A DNA stretch of 48,262 nucleotides from contig CALLPT010000100.1 of NCBI GenBank assembly GCA_938015575.1, forward strand, positions 1-48,262, given 5' to 3'. The stretch's first letter is position 1. Each line of letters begins with the position of its first letter. Source of the DNA: an uncultured Acidimicrobiales bacterium. Its GTDB lineage: Bacteria; Actinomycetota; Acidimicrobiia; Acidimicrobiales; UBA10347. Shown piece after piece: positions 33,228-41,884 of this stretch. Both the position numbers and the translations under genes were made by a program. Below the pieces are notes generated by a model. It made no database searches. It was not told where the DNA came from and saw nothing but the letters and a program-made list of their open reading frames with translations.

Positions 33228-34991
33228 CTAGAGGGTGCGGTACCACGCCGCGAGCGTCTCGAAGGCGAGCTTGCGTTCGCCCTCTTCGCTTACGAGGCCC
33301 TTGCGGTTGTAGCCATCTTGGATCCCGGGCAACACCCGCAGCGGTGTCCGGAAGTCCTTGAGGATCCAAGGACTCAGGCCGGCGCAATCCGGCTGCTTGG
33401 CGATCATCGCGATCTGGGCGTCGTAGACGGCGGCTTGGAACTCTTCGGTCCAGATCTGGGTCGGTGAGCCGTGGTGGCCGGCCTTGGCACCTGCGCCGAG
33501 TTCGCTGAAGATGATCGGCTTGTCGAAGTCCGAGCTCCACTGCAGATTCGGAATGTCGTCGCGGTTCCCGTAATACCAGCCGTAGTACTGATTCACGCCG
33601 ATTACGTCGACGAACGGTCCGAGCGGATCGTCGATGTGGGTGGTGATGCCTTGACCGGGCAGGGTGAACAAGGCCGCAGTGACGAGACGCGTGTCGTCGA
33701 GCTCTCGGACACGGTCGATGAGGGCTCGCAAGAACGAGGTGCGGTCCGCTCCCGGGAGCGTCTCGTTCGCGACGGACCAGAGTGCGATCGACGCTCGGCA
33801 TCGGTCGCGAACGACGAGTTCGTCTGCTTGCTCGAGCGCATTGGCGAGCGTGTCGGGGTTGGTCCAATCGATGCCCCAGTAGACGGGCAGCTCGGCCCAC
33901 ACGAGCAAGCCGCGTCGGTCGGCTTCGAGAACCATCGCTTCGTCGTGCTGGTAGTGGCCGAGGCGCACAAAGTTCGCCCCCAAGTCCTGGGCCCACTGGA
34001 GCAATGTGGCGGCATCGTCGGGTCCGCTGGCTCGTGATCCGCCGCTCGGGGCCTCGGCGTGGAGCGCGATGCCCTTGAGGAAAACCGGCTCGCCGTTGAC
34101 GATGATGTCGGTTCCACGAACTTCGAGCGTGCGAAAACCAACGGGTTCGGTGACCTGATCGCGTGCGACACCGTCACCATGGATCGTAAAGGCGACCTCG
34201 TACAGGGTGGGGCGCCCGGGGTGCCATCGTTCATAGTCACCGAGGGTTTCTTCGGCGATTGTGAATCGTTGCCCGACGGGGACCGACACATCGACGCCGA
34301 GTTCCTCGATCGCCACGGTCGCCTGTACCGATGTGGCCGCAGGACCGTCAACGTCGATGTGGCCGACGACACGACCGTCGCTGTCCATCGTGAGCCACGC
34401 ACTCGTGATGAACGTGTCGGGCACTCGCACCAGTGACACCGAGCGGTGGAGGCCGCCGAAGTTGAACCAGTCGGTGCGCATGGCGGGCACCCGTTCCGGG
34501 GTGCGCGCCGCGTCGACCATGACGACGAGCGAGTGCTCGCCCGGGTCAATGCGGCCGGTGAGCTCGACGGCGAAGGCTCCGAAGCCGCCCTCGTGGTACG
34601 CGAGTTCTTCGCCATCGAAATAGACACGGCAGGTGTGGTTGACCGCGCCGAAGTGAACAAAGGTGCGTCCCGTCTCGTGGTCGTTGACGTGGAACTTCTT
34701 GCGATACCAGAGCGTGCCTTCGTAGAAATGCAGTTCAGGCCGTTGGGTATTCCAGTCACCGGGCACCTGCAGGATCATCGAGCGGTCGAAGTCGTACTCC
34801 ACTCGGTCGCCTTCGTCGCGAGGCTTGAAATCTCGAAACCAACCGCGCGGGGTCGGCTCGCCGGTCAGCCCGAGATAGCCGGTTTGGTACGGGTCGATGA
34901 TGGCTCGCCATGGTCCATTCAGCGAGGCCACCGAACCTGTCGACCATCGGCTGCGCACATGGGTGAAGAGCGAGGTTCCCGTATTCGGCAT
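33228..34991 (-). CDS. Glycoside hydrolase family 2 (beta-glucuronidase / beta-galactosidase-like)
   Basis: 587 aa. Sugar-binding and Ig-like N-terminal domains are followed by a TIM barrel with ANFVRLGHYQHDE, IALWSVANET (acid/base NE) and IIFSELGAG (nucleophile Glu). Confidence 0.8.
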   Translation of the reverse strand: MPNTGTSLFTHVRSRWSTGSVASLNGPWRAIIDPYQTGYLGLTGEPTPRGWFRDFKPRDEGDRVEYDFDRSMILQVPGDWNTQRPELHFYEGTLWYRKKFHVNDHETGRTFVHFGAVNHTCRVYFDGEELAYHEGGFGAFAVELTGRIDPGEHSLVVMVDAARTPERVPAMRTDWFNFGGLHRSVSLVRVPDTFITSAWLTMDSDGRVVGHIDVDGPAATSVQATVAIEELGVDVSVPVGQRFTIAEETLGDYERWHPGRPTLYEVAFTIHGDGVARDQVTEPVGFRTLEVRGTDIIVNGEPVFLKGIALHAEAPSGGSRASGPDDAATLLQWAQDLGANFVRLGHYQHDEAMVLEADRRGLLVWAELPVYWGIDWTNPDTLANALEQADELVVRDRCRASIALWSVANETLPGADRTSFLRALIDRVRELDDTRLVTAALFTLPGQGITTHIDDPLGPFVDVIGVNQYYGWYYGNRDDIPNLQWSSDFDKPIIFSELGAGAKAGHHGSPTQIWTEEFQAAVYDAQIAMIAKQPDCAGLSPWILKDFRTPLRVLPGIQDGYNRKGLVSEEGERKLAFETLAAWYRTL

Positions 34992-35094
34992 CTCCTGAAA
35001 CTATCCCAATCGCTCATCGCCGGATACAGCGCTTCGGGGTGCGGTTGCCTCGTGCAGTAGCTTGGCGTCACCGGCGATCGGAGAGGAGCGGCCG

Positions 35095-36246
35095 TTGAAG
35101 ACACGAGCGGCGATACTGCACGGTATTGGTCAGCAATGGAGCGTCGAAGAGATCGAGCTGGACCCTCCTGGCCCAGGCGAAGTGCTGGTCAAGACCGCCT
35201 ACGCGGGCCTCTGCCACTCCGATGAGCATCTGGTTACCGGAGACATGGTGCCCCCAGAAGAATTGTTGGCCCAGCTGCCGACCGGCTCGATCTTCCCGAT
35301 CATCGGCGGTCACGAGGGAAGCGGCGTCGTCGTCGAGGTCGGCGCAAACGTGACCAAGGTCGCGGTCGGCGACCATGTCAGCTGCTCCTTTGTCCCGGCT
35401 TGTGGGTCGTGCCCGCCGTGTGCCGAGGGCCGACAGAACTTGTGTGATCTGGGCGCTCGAACCTTTGGCGGCGGCATGATCACCGATGGCACCTATCGAA
35501 CGCATGCGGCCGATGGAACCAACCTGGGCAAGCTCGCGCAGCTCGGGACCTTCAGTGAGCACATGACGCTGGCGCAGGAATCGGTTATCAAGGTCGAACC
35601 GGACATCCCCCTCGACGTCGTATGTCTCGTCAGCTGTGGCGTGGCGACGGGATATGGGTCAGCCGTGAACCGGGCCGATGTGCGTCCGGGCGACACGGTC
35701 GTCGTGGTCGGTTGCGGCGGTATCGGCATGAACGCGGTGCAGGGCGCCGCGGCTGCGGGCGCATCGAATGTCATCGCCGTGGACCCGATCGAATTCAAGC
35801 GCGAGACGGCGATGGTGTTCGGGGCAACGCACACGGCAACGTCGATGCAAGACGCCGTGGCGCTCGTCAACGACATCACGTGGGGTCGCATGGCACATGC
35901 GGTGATCTTGACGCCTGGGGTACTGACCGGCGACATGGTGCAGCCGGCAATGGACTTGACGGCCAAGGGCGGCACGGTGGTGGCAACGGCCGTGGCGCCG
36001 ATGGCCCAACAAGACGTCAAGCTCGACCTAGCTCGGCTCACACTCTCGCAAAAGGAGCTGCGCGGCACGATCTTCGGTTCGGCGAGCCCGAACTTCCGCA
36101 TCCCCGAGCTATTGATGATGTATCGCCAGGGCAAGCTGAAACTCGACGAGCTGATTACCCGTAGGTACTCACTCGACGAGATCAACCAGGGCTATGCGGA
36201 CATGAACGCGGGGATCAACATTCGCGGCCTCATCGAGTTCAACTGA
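35095..36246 (+). CDS. Zinc-dependent alcohol dehydrogenase (MDR family, NDMA-dependent / class III-like)
   Basis: Start placed at the in-frame TTG at 35095, 6 nt after aggag (MKTRAAILHG...). The track start at 35062 is also possible. Motifs: GLCHSDEH, IIGGHEGSGVV, the structural-Zn Cys cluster CGSCPPCAEGRQNLC and the Rossmann VVGCGGIGMNAV. Confidence 0.85.
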   Translation: MKTRAAILHGIGQQWSVEEIELDPPGPGEVLVKTAYAGLCHSDEHLVTGDMVPPEELLAQLPTGSIFPIIGGHEGSGVVVEVGANVTKVAVGDHVSCSFVPACGSCPPCAEGRQNLCDLGARTFGGGMITDGTYRTHAADGTNLGKLAQLGTFSEHMTLAQESVIKVEPDIPLDVVCLVSCGVATGYGSAVNRADVRPGDTVVVVGCGGIGMNAVQGAAAAGASNVIAVDPIEFKRETAMVFGATHTATSMQDAVALVNDITWGRMAHAVILTPGVLTGDMVQPAMDLTAKGGTVVATAVAPMAQQDVKLDLARLTLSQKELRGTIFGSASPNFRIPELLMMYRQGKLKLDELITRRYSLDEINQGYADMNAGINIRGLIEFN

Positions 36247-36282
36247 CATCGCCAGCACCCCGATCGGTGCCGAACGCGTCGG

Positions 36283-36432
36283 TTAGCGGGCGTTGAGAAG
36301 TTCGCGCACCGTCTGGCGGTGGGGAACGACGGTATGGTCGTCTTCGCCGGGATACCAGCGTCCGCCGAGCATGCGATAGCCGGCTGGCGGTTCTCCGTCG
36401 TGGGCGATCCCTTGGTCATCGAGCCACGTCAT
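36283..36432 (-). CDS. Small hypothetical protein (49 aa)
   Basis: Below the track's size cutoff. My translation is MTWLDDQGIAHDGEPPAGYRMLGGRWYPGEDDHTVVPHRQTVRELLNAR, with stop TAA (complement of 36283-36285). A strong SD (ggagaggaag) lies 6 nt upstream of the ATG, and the codons are mostly G/C-ending. No family recognised. Confidence 0.4.
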   Translation of the reverse strand: MTWLDDQGIAHDGEPPAGYRMLGGRWYPGEDDHTVVPHRQTVRELLNAR

Positions 36433-36724
36433 TGTGGGCTTCCTCTCCTGGGATGAGTGTGGTCACGGCTCCATCGGCGGCGTCCGGACAACATGAGTCG
36501 TCGCAGAGAAATGCCGATTTTCGACGGGGCCATTTGGCCCGAAGCTAACAAAGCGTCATGGCGGCGACGGTCAATTGGGTGGGTTTGCCCATCGCTGCGT
36601 AGGTCTGGTCTGTCGGTCGAGACGCCGGGCAATGCATAGTCCCTAACACCCATTCTTGTGTCGAACGCCTTACATAATTGGGCGCCGAGCTATCGCGAGG
36701 GGCAGATGGACCGAAGGGAACATC

Positions 36725-38563
36725 ATGCGTGCGGAGTCCGGGGCCATCGCGCTTCCTCCTGGGTTCATCGAGGAAATCGCACGCGCCGGTGATCAGGCCG
36801 AAGTGCTTCGCATTGCTGCGGAGTGGCTGCCCAAGATCATTGGTGGGGAACGCTCGAGCGTGTCGCTGCCACATGGTGACGACCGACTGTCGATCCACGC
36901 GATTGGCGGCGATCTCGTCATGCAGCCCGGTGCCGACCTGCCGATCGACGGTTCGCTCGTCGGCGCTGCATTCCGATCACAGCAGGTGCTCGTTGTCGGC
37001 GATCTCGACGGAACCGACTATGTCGAAGCACCTGTCCTGCGCAGCGGGGGATTGCGATCGGCGATCGTCGCTCCCATGGTGAGCAATGGCCGGAGCCTCG
37101 GAACACTCAATCTCGGCAACTCGCAGCTGGGGTGGTTCACGGCGATCGATGAGCAACGGATCTCGGCGATCGCTTCGCTCATTGCCTCGTTCATGAATGT
37201 GCATGAACTGGCAGAACGAGAACGTACTCGGGCTGCTACCGATGACCTGACGGGCGTTATGGCGCGCCAGGCGGTGCTCGATGTAGTTGGCGCCGCGTTC
37301 GCGTCGGACCCAAAGTTGCCGTCGTTGTTGTTCATCGACATGGACGGATTCAAGACGGTGAACGACACCTACGGACACCAGGCCGGCGACCAGGTGCTTC
37401 GGTTGGTCGCTCGCCGCATGGAGCGACTCCTCGGGTCGAGCGATGCGCTTGGCCGCCTGGGAGGAGACGAGTTCCTCGTCATGATTCGCGAGGACCCGCA
37501 AGGCGATCGGGCCGCCGCTGTCGCCGAAGCGATGGTCGAAAGCTGCGCGATGCCGATCGCCTTGGGCGCGGTCCGTATTGCTCCACGCCTGAGTATTGGT
37601 ATCGCGTCGGCCGAAGACGCCCGATCAACCGCAGGTCAGCTACTCCTGGATGCCGATCAAGCGTTGTACTCGGCAAAGCGCGGTGGAGGTGGCATCGCCC
37701 GGGCCGACGCCCAAATCCGCAGTCGAGCCGCGCTCGTCGCCGTTATCGACCGCGAGATTGACGCCGCGCTCGAACGGGGTTTGCTTGACTACCACTACCA
37801 ACCGATTCGCTGCCTGGCGACCGGTGATCTGTTGGGTGCCGAAGCGCTCGTGCGCTGGAACCACCCCGAGTACGGTGCCGTGCCGCCTCAGCTCCTGCTG
37901 GAGCGAGTCGAGGCAACGGGTCGCGTCGATCGATTCACCGAGTGGAGCCTGAATCGCGTGGCCGGCGACCTGGCGTATGCACGCACGATGATCGCCTCTG
38001 CCGGCGCCCTGACATTCTCGGTCAACCTGTCGCGCCCGCAGCTGGCGTGGACCGGCTGCGCTACCTCGTTCATCGGTTCGTGCAACGCCCACGGACTCGA
38101 GACCCGCGACCTCATCGCCGAGGTCGTCGAGTCCTCGGAAATTCAGACCGGCGACGCTGCCGAAGCCACATTGCGCACGCTGGCCGGGTCCGGCGCGGCG
38201 ATCGCGCTCGATGACTTCGGCACGGGTCACAATGCGCTCGGCTACTTCACCCGCTTTCCCATTCATGCCATCAAGTTCGATCGTTCGCTGGTTCGAGCGA
38301 TGGCGACCGATGACAAGGCTCGCCGGATCCTTACTGCGTTGGCGTCGATGTCACGAGATCTCGGCATCGTCACACTCGCAGAGGGTGTCGAGACCCAACG
38401 CGAGCGGGATCTTTCGGCCGCAGCCGGGATACCCCATGGCCAAGGATGGCACTTCGGTCATCCTTCGTCGCTCGCCGGTCTGATCACGCTGGCGAGGCGC
38501 GAGCTCGATGCATCGTCGGGAGCGGGTATCGCTGCGCGCCTTGCCCTTCCGACGCTTCGCTAA
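36725..38563 (+). CDS. GAF-GGDEF-EAL c-di-GMP turnover protein
   Basis: Start at ATG 36725, after gaaggga. The N-terminal region is GAF-like. The diguanylate cyclase domain has DDLTGV, IDMDGFKTVNDTYGH and LGGDEF (GGDEF intact). The RxxD I-site position reads GSSD. The EAL domain has YQPI, GAEALVRW, DDFGTG, KFDRSLV, EGVET and QGWHFG. Confidence 0.85.
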   Translation: MRAESGAIALPPGFIEEIARAGDQAEVLRIAAEWLPKIIGGERSSVSLPHGDDRLSIHAIGGDLVMQPGADLPIDGSLVGAAFRSQQVLVVGDLDGTDYVEAPVLRSGGLRSAIVAPMVSNGRSLGTLNLGNSQLGWFTAIDEQRISAIASLIASFMNVHELAERERTRAATDDLTGVMARQAVLDVVGAAFASDPKLPSLLFIDMDGFKTVNDTYGHQAGDQVLRLVARRMERLLGSSDALGRLGGDEFLVMIREDPQGDRAAAVAEAMVESCAMPIALGAVRIAPRLSIGIASAEDARSTAGQLLLDADQALYSAKRGGGGIARADAQIRSRAALVAVIDREIDAALERGLLDYHYQPIRCLATGDLLGAEALVRWNHPEYGAVPPQLLLERVEATGRVDRFTEWSLNRVAGDLAYARTMIASAGALTFSVNLSRPQLAWTGCATSFIGSCNAHGLETRDLIAEVVESSEIQTGDAAEATLRTLAGSGAAIALDDFGTGHNALGYFTRFPIHAIKFDRSLVRAMATDDKARRILTALASMSRDLGIVTLAEGVETQRERDLSAAAGIPHGQGWHFGHPSSLAGLITLARRELDASSGAGIAARLALPTLR

Positions 38564-38598
38564 CGACGACCGACAGCGAGCGCCGTAGAGGAAGACGC

Positions 38599-38997
38599 TC
38601 ATTCGCGTAGCTGGCCGAAGCTCAAGGCGAGCTGGGCGATCTCGCGGTCGAGTTCGTCGAGCTCTTCTCGGCATGACTCGACCGTCGGCAGTTGAGCGTC
38701 TTGCTCGACGACGATTTGGCGTGCCCGATCAACTTCCTTCTGAGCCGCAGCGAGCTCGGCCCGGGCACTGGTGAGAAAGACCCGCGCCCGCTCATAGTCG
38801 GCTTGATCGGCGGCCTTGCCAAGCTTGGTGATTGCGTCTCGAGCCGCGGCCAAATGACGCCGGCAGACCATGGTGGCAGCGATGACTCGCGCCTTGTCAC
38901 TGTCGGCCACGCTGGTCGACCCCCGGTTGTAGCGATGAGGCACGAATTTTGGACCAACCACGCGGGTGCCCACCAAGCTCTTTGAGGCCTTTCTCAA
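38599..38997 (-). CDS. Hypothetical helical protein
   Basis: 132-aa ORF with a TTG start preceded by gagga. The C-terminal 90 aa are helix-forming (AAARDAITKLGKAADQADYERARVFLTSARAELAAAQKEVDRARQIV...ELDELDREIAQLALSF). The alternative frame (38622-38957) looks compositionally worse. No family recognised, and the start is uncertain (Met43 is possible). Confidence 0.45.
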   Translation of the reverse strand: MRKASKSLVGTRVVGPKFVPHRYNRGSTSVADSDKARVIAATMVCRRHLAAARDAITKLGKAADQADYERARVFLTSARAELAAAQKEVDRARQIVVEQDAQLPTVESCREELDELDREIAQLALSFGQLRE

Positions 38998-39064
38998 GAA
39001 TCCTCGTGGGGATGTCGTCTCACCGCGTTCTCTTGACGGCGTAGCAGCGATCTAGCGTGAGTCG

Positions 39065-39937
39065 ATGCCCGATGAACGCCCGCCCGCACGGTTGCTCGCC
39101 AAGCAGTTGGGACTCATCCACAACATTGCGTACTACTCACGCGAAACACGTGACTTTGCGTCGCTGGGGCTGGCCGAGTTTTGGCGGGCATACGTTGCAT
39201 GGCGTTGCGCCCCGGTCGGGCGCATTGGGCCTGCAACGGCGACCGCGCTCCTCTACAACTTTGCACCGGCGATGGTCGGCGACGCACTGCCATCGGCATG
39301 GGAGACGACGACGCCAGACCGGGTGCTGGCGCTCCGCGACGACTGCTTGACGCGTGCGATGCAACGCGGACTTGCTTCCTTCGCCGATCGGACGGTGCTT
39401 TCCGAGGCAATCATGTTGGCGCGGCGCGGTATCGAAGCCGCGGACTCGGCCGGGCGGACACTCTTTGGCGCGCATCTCGACCTGCCCTGGCCCGAGTCGC
39501 CGGAGCTGTCGCTCTGGCACGCGTGCACGTTGTGGCGCGAGTACCGCGGGGACGGTCACAACATCGCTCTTGCCGCTGCCGAGGTCGACGGTGTCGAGGC
39601 TCACGTACTGCTGGCAGCGCGCGGGATCGGGAACGCTACGACCATTGAGCAGATACGCGGTTGGACAAAGCCGGAATGGGAAGCCGCGATTGATCGTCTG
39701 TCCGATCGAGGGTTGGTCGGCCCCGATGGAAGCTCGACCGAGGCGGGCTTGGAGCTGCGCCGTGCGATCGAGGCACATACCGATCGCCTGGCCGCCGAAC
39801 CGCTTGCCGCTCTGGGCGACCGAGACGTCGAACGACTGATCGAGCTGAGCGCGCCGATCGCATCGCATCTCGTCGACAACGGTGCCGTTGCCGGCCAGTG
39901 GCCCCCACCTAAGCCGGTGCGCAGGGGCGAACGCTGA
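39065..39937 (+). CDS. Conserved hypothetical protein (all-helical)
   Basis: 290 aa with good coding composition. The sequence (HNIAYYSRE...FWRAYVAWRCAPVG...LWHACTLWREYRGDGH...) looks like a conserved actinobacterial uncharacterised family, but I cannot name it with confidence. Confidence 0.6.
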   Translation: MPDERPPARLLAKQLGLIHNIAYYSRETRDFASLGLAEFWRAYVAWRCAPVGRIGPATATALLYNFAPAMVGDALPSAWETTTPDRVLALRDDCLTRAMQRGLASFADRTVLSEAIMLARRGIEAADSAGRTLFGAHLDLPWPESPELSLWHACTLWREYRGDGHNIALAAAEVDGVEAHVLLAARGIGNATTIEQIRGWTKPEWEAAIDRLSDRGLVGPDGSSTEAGLELRRAIEAHTDRLAAEPLAALGDRDVERLIELSAPIASHLVDNGAVAGQWPPPKPVRRGER

Positions 39938-40005
39938 GATCCGAGGTCCCTGCGGTCCCCGTTCGGGCGTGGACGGTACTCGCCGTCTGCTCCGCGACCG
40001 TCGTT

Positions 40006-41331
40006 TTGACCCTGCTCGACAGCGGCATGGTCTTTGTGGCATTTCCCTTTCTTGAGGAGCAATTTGGCGATCGAGCCTCACGCACGACGCTGTCGTGGGC
40101 GGTCACCATCTTCTTCGTCGTCATGGTGTCGGCGCTGCTCGTGGCCGGCCGGGTGGCCGATCGTTTTGGTCGTCGCCGGGTGTTCCTGTCGGGTCTTGTG
40201 ACCTTTGGGCTGGCGGCCTTGACGGCGGCGTCGACAACGAGCGTGTGGGTGTTGGTCGGTGCGCGTGCGTTCCAAGGTCTTGGGGTGGCATTGCTCGCTC
40301 CCAGCGCGCTCGCACTCGCCTTGCCCGAGTTTCCGAACGAGCGCAGAGCATACGCACTTGGGGTTTGGGGCACGATCGGCGGGGTCGCTGGCTTGCTGGC
40401 GAGCCCGCTCGGTGCGGGTGTCGTCGAGGCCTTTGGTTGGCGCGGGGTCTTCGGATTCAACGGCGTGCTGGCACTCAGCATGGCAGTGGTCGGGTTCGTG
40501 GTGCTCGACGAGGATCAGGTCTCGGTCGACAACGATCCGATCGATGTCCTAGGAGCGGCTTTGGCCATGGTGTCCGTGGGTTCGCTCGCTGTCGTGCTCG
40601 TCCAAGGAGGCGACTGGGGGTGGGGGAGCGCAGCGACACTGACCGTGGCGGTCAGTTGTTTGGTTACCACGCTTGCGTTCGTACTTCGGAACCGGCGGGC
40701 GCCGTCTCCGCTCGTCGACACGACGATCTTTCGCAATCGGCGTTTCGCTACGGCGTCCCTCGCTTCGGTGATGTGCCAGCTCGGCTTCTTCTCGGCCTAC
40801 TTCGGTATCCCGCTCTACATGGCCGAAGTGTGGGGATGGAGCCCAGTGAAGGTCGGGCTGGGCTTGCTTCCTCTGAACGCTGTCTCCGTCATGGCTGCCG
40901 TGCCGCTGGGTCGGCTTGTCGATCGAGATGGCCCCAGGCGGATGATCCTCTTCGGCGGCAGTTTCGCCGCGTGCTGGTATCTCGCGATGGGGTTGTGGCT
41001 GACCGATGCTGGCTACGCGTGGCTCGCCGTCGGTATGGCATTTGCTGGACTCGGCGCCGTCGCGATTGGCAACCACACCACCGTTGCTGCGCTGCGCGAC
41101 GTCGATGACGCCGATCTCGGATCAGCAAACGCCGGGTACTTCATGACGCGACGCCTAGGTTCGGCGCTCGGTGCCGTGGCCGTGCCGGCGATCGTCGGCA
41201 ATCAAACGGGCGGCGATTTTGCAGACGCCTACCTTGGCGTGTGGATCTTTGGCGCGGCCGTCTATCTGGTCGGTGGTGTCGCGTTCTGGTTCTGCTATCC
41301 GCCTTGGACCCCGGCGCCGCTCGACCGCTGA
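40006..41331 (+). CDS. MFS transporter (drug:H+ antiporter-like); true start probably upstream of the annotated TTG
   Basis: MFS motif A GRVADRFGRRRVFLSGL and many TM segments. The in-frame sequence upstream of TTG 40006 (open from 39913) reads ...RAWTVLAVCSATVV-LTLLDSGMVFVAFP, which looks like the first half of TM1. That stretch contains no ATG, GTG or TTG. Confidence 0.8.
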   Translation: MTLLDSGMVFVAFPFLEEQFGDRASRTTLSWAVTIFFVVMVSALLVAGRVADRFGRRRVFLSGLVTFGLAALTAASTTSVWVLVGARAFQGLGVALLAPSALALALPEFPNERRAYALGVWGTIGGVAGLLASPLGAGVVEAFGWRGVFGFNGVLALSMAVVGFVVLDEDQVSVDNDPIDVLGAALAMVSVGSLAVVLVQGGDWGWGSAATLTVAVSCLVTTLAFVLRNRRAPSPLVDTTIFRNRRFATASLASVMCQLGFFSAYFGIPLYMAEVWGWSPVKVGLGLLPLNAVSVMAAVPLGRLVDRDGPRRMILFGGSFAACWYLAMGLWLTDAGYAWLAVGMAFAGLGAVAIGNHTTVAALRDVDDADLGSANAGYFMTRRLGSALGAVAVPAIVGNQTGGDFADAYLGVWIFGAAVYLVGGVAFWFCYPPWTPAPLDR

Positions 41332-41378
41332 TGGCAGCGGGCCGGAGACTGGCGAGCCCGGGCGGCGGTCGCTTGGCC

Positions 41379-41867
41379 TCAGCGGTGGTAGTACTTGGGA
41401 GCCCAGACCGCCAGTGCGTCTTCGCCCTCGGCGGTCGGCATCCGCCATGTTTCGACTCGTGCCTGGGCGAGGTCGAGCGCCCAGAGGCCCCTCGGCTCGT
41501 CGTGGGTGTCGGTGAGGTAGGCGTCCGCGAAGCGGGGCGGCGTGTAGCGCAGTGCGATGTCTCGGTAGATGTCGCGCCACTGATCGTCGTTGCCGACATC
41601 GTGCACGAGTTCTGCTTCGCCCCGGGCAACGACCTTGCGCATCGAACCGGCCGACTCGTCGATGGTTGCGCAGACCTTGGGGGAGTGGCGCAGGTGGTCG
41701 AACCACTCGGAACGGGCTCGCGGCGTGAACCAGATCTTGTTTTCGCTGGCGAGGAACCAGATCGGTACCACCGACGGCATGCCGTCACGGTCGACGGTGC
41801 CGAGTCGGAGCAGGTGGCCGCGCTCTTGCAGGAACGCGTCAACCTCGGTGGCTGTCATCTTGGGCAT
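41379..41867 (-). CDS. Pyridoxamine 5'-phosphate oxidase-like (PPOX/FMN- or F420-binding split-barrel) family protein
   Basis: 162 aa. The N-terminus MTATEVDAFLQERGHLLRLGTVDRDGMPSVVPIWF... is the typical pattern of this split-barrel family. Confidence 0.7.
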   Translation of the reverse strand: MPKMTATEVDAFLQERGHLLRLGTVDRDGMPSVVPIWFLASENKIWFTPRARSEWFDHLRHSPKVCATIDESAGSMRKVVARGEAELVHDVGNDDQWRDIYRDIALRYTPPRFADAYLTDTHDEPRGLWALDLAQARVETWRMPTAEGEDALAVWAPKYYHR

Positions 41868-41884
41868 GGCGAGATCTTAGGTAG

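Noticed and set aside
36192-36419. 75-aa minus-strand ORF from the track
   Set aside because: It overlaps the 3' end of the ADH gene and has Arg/Cys/Pro-rich composition with no SD. The 49-aa ORF in a different frame (36283-36432) has a strong SD and better codon usage.
36433-36724. Possible riboswitch or leader (for example c-di-GMP-responsive) in the 292-bp lower-GC region upstream of the GGDEF-EAL gene
   Set aside because: I found only short, weak hairpins (cgtcg...cgacg, gggcc-attt-ggccc) and nothing resembling the conserved cores of GEMM or other riboswitches I know. It is most simply a divergent promoter region. A covariance-model scan would be needed to revisit this.
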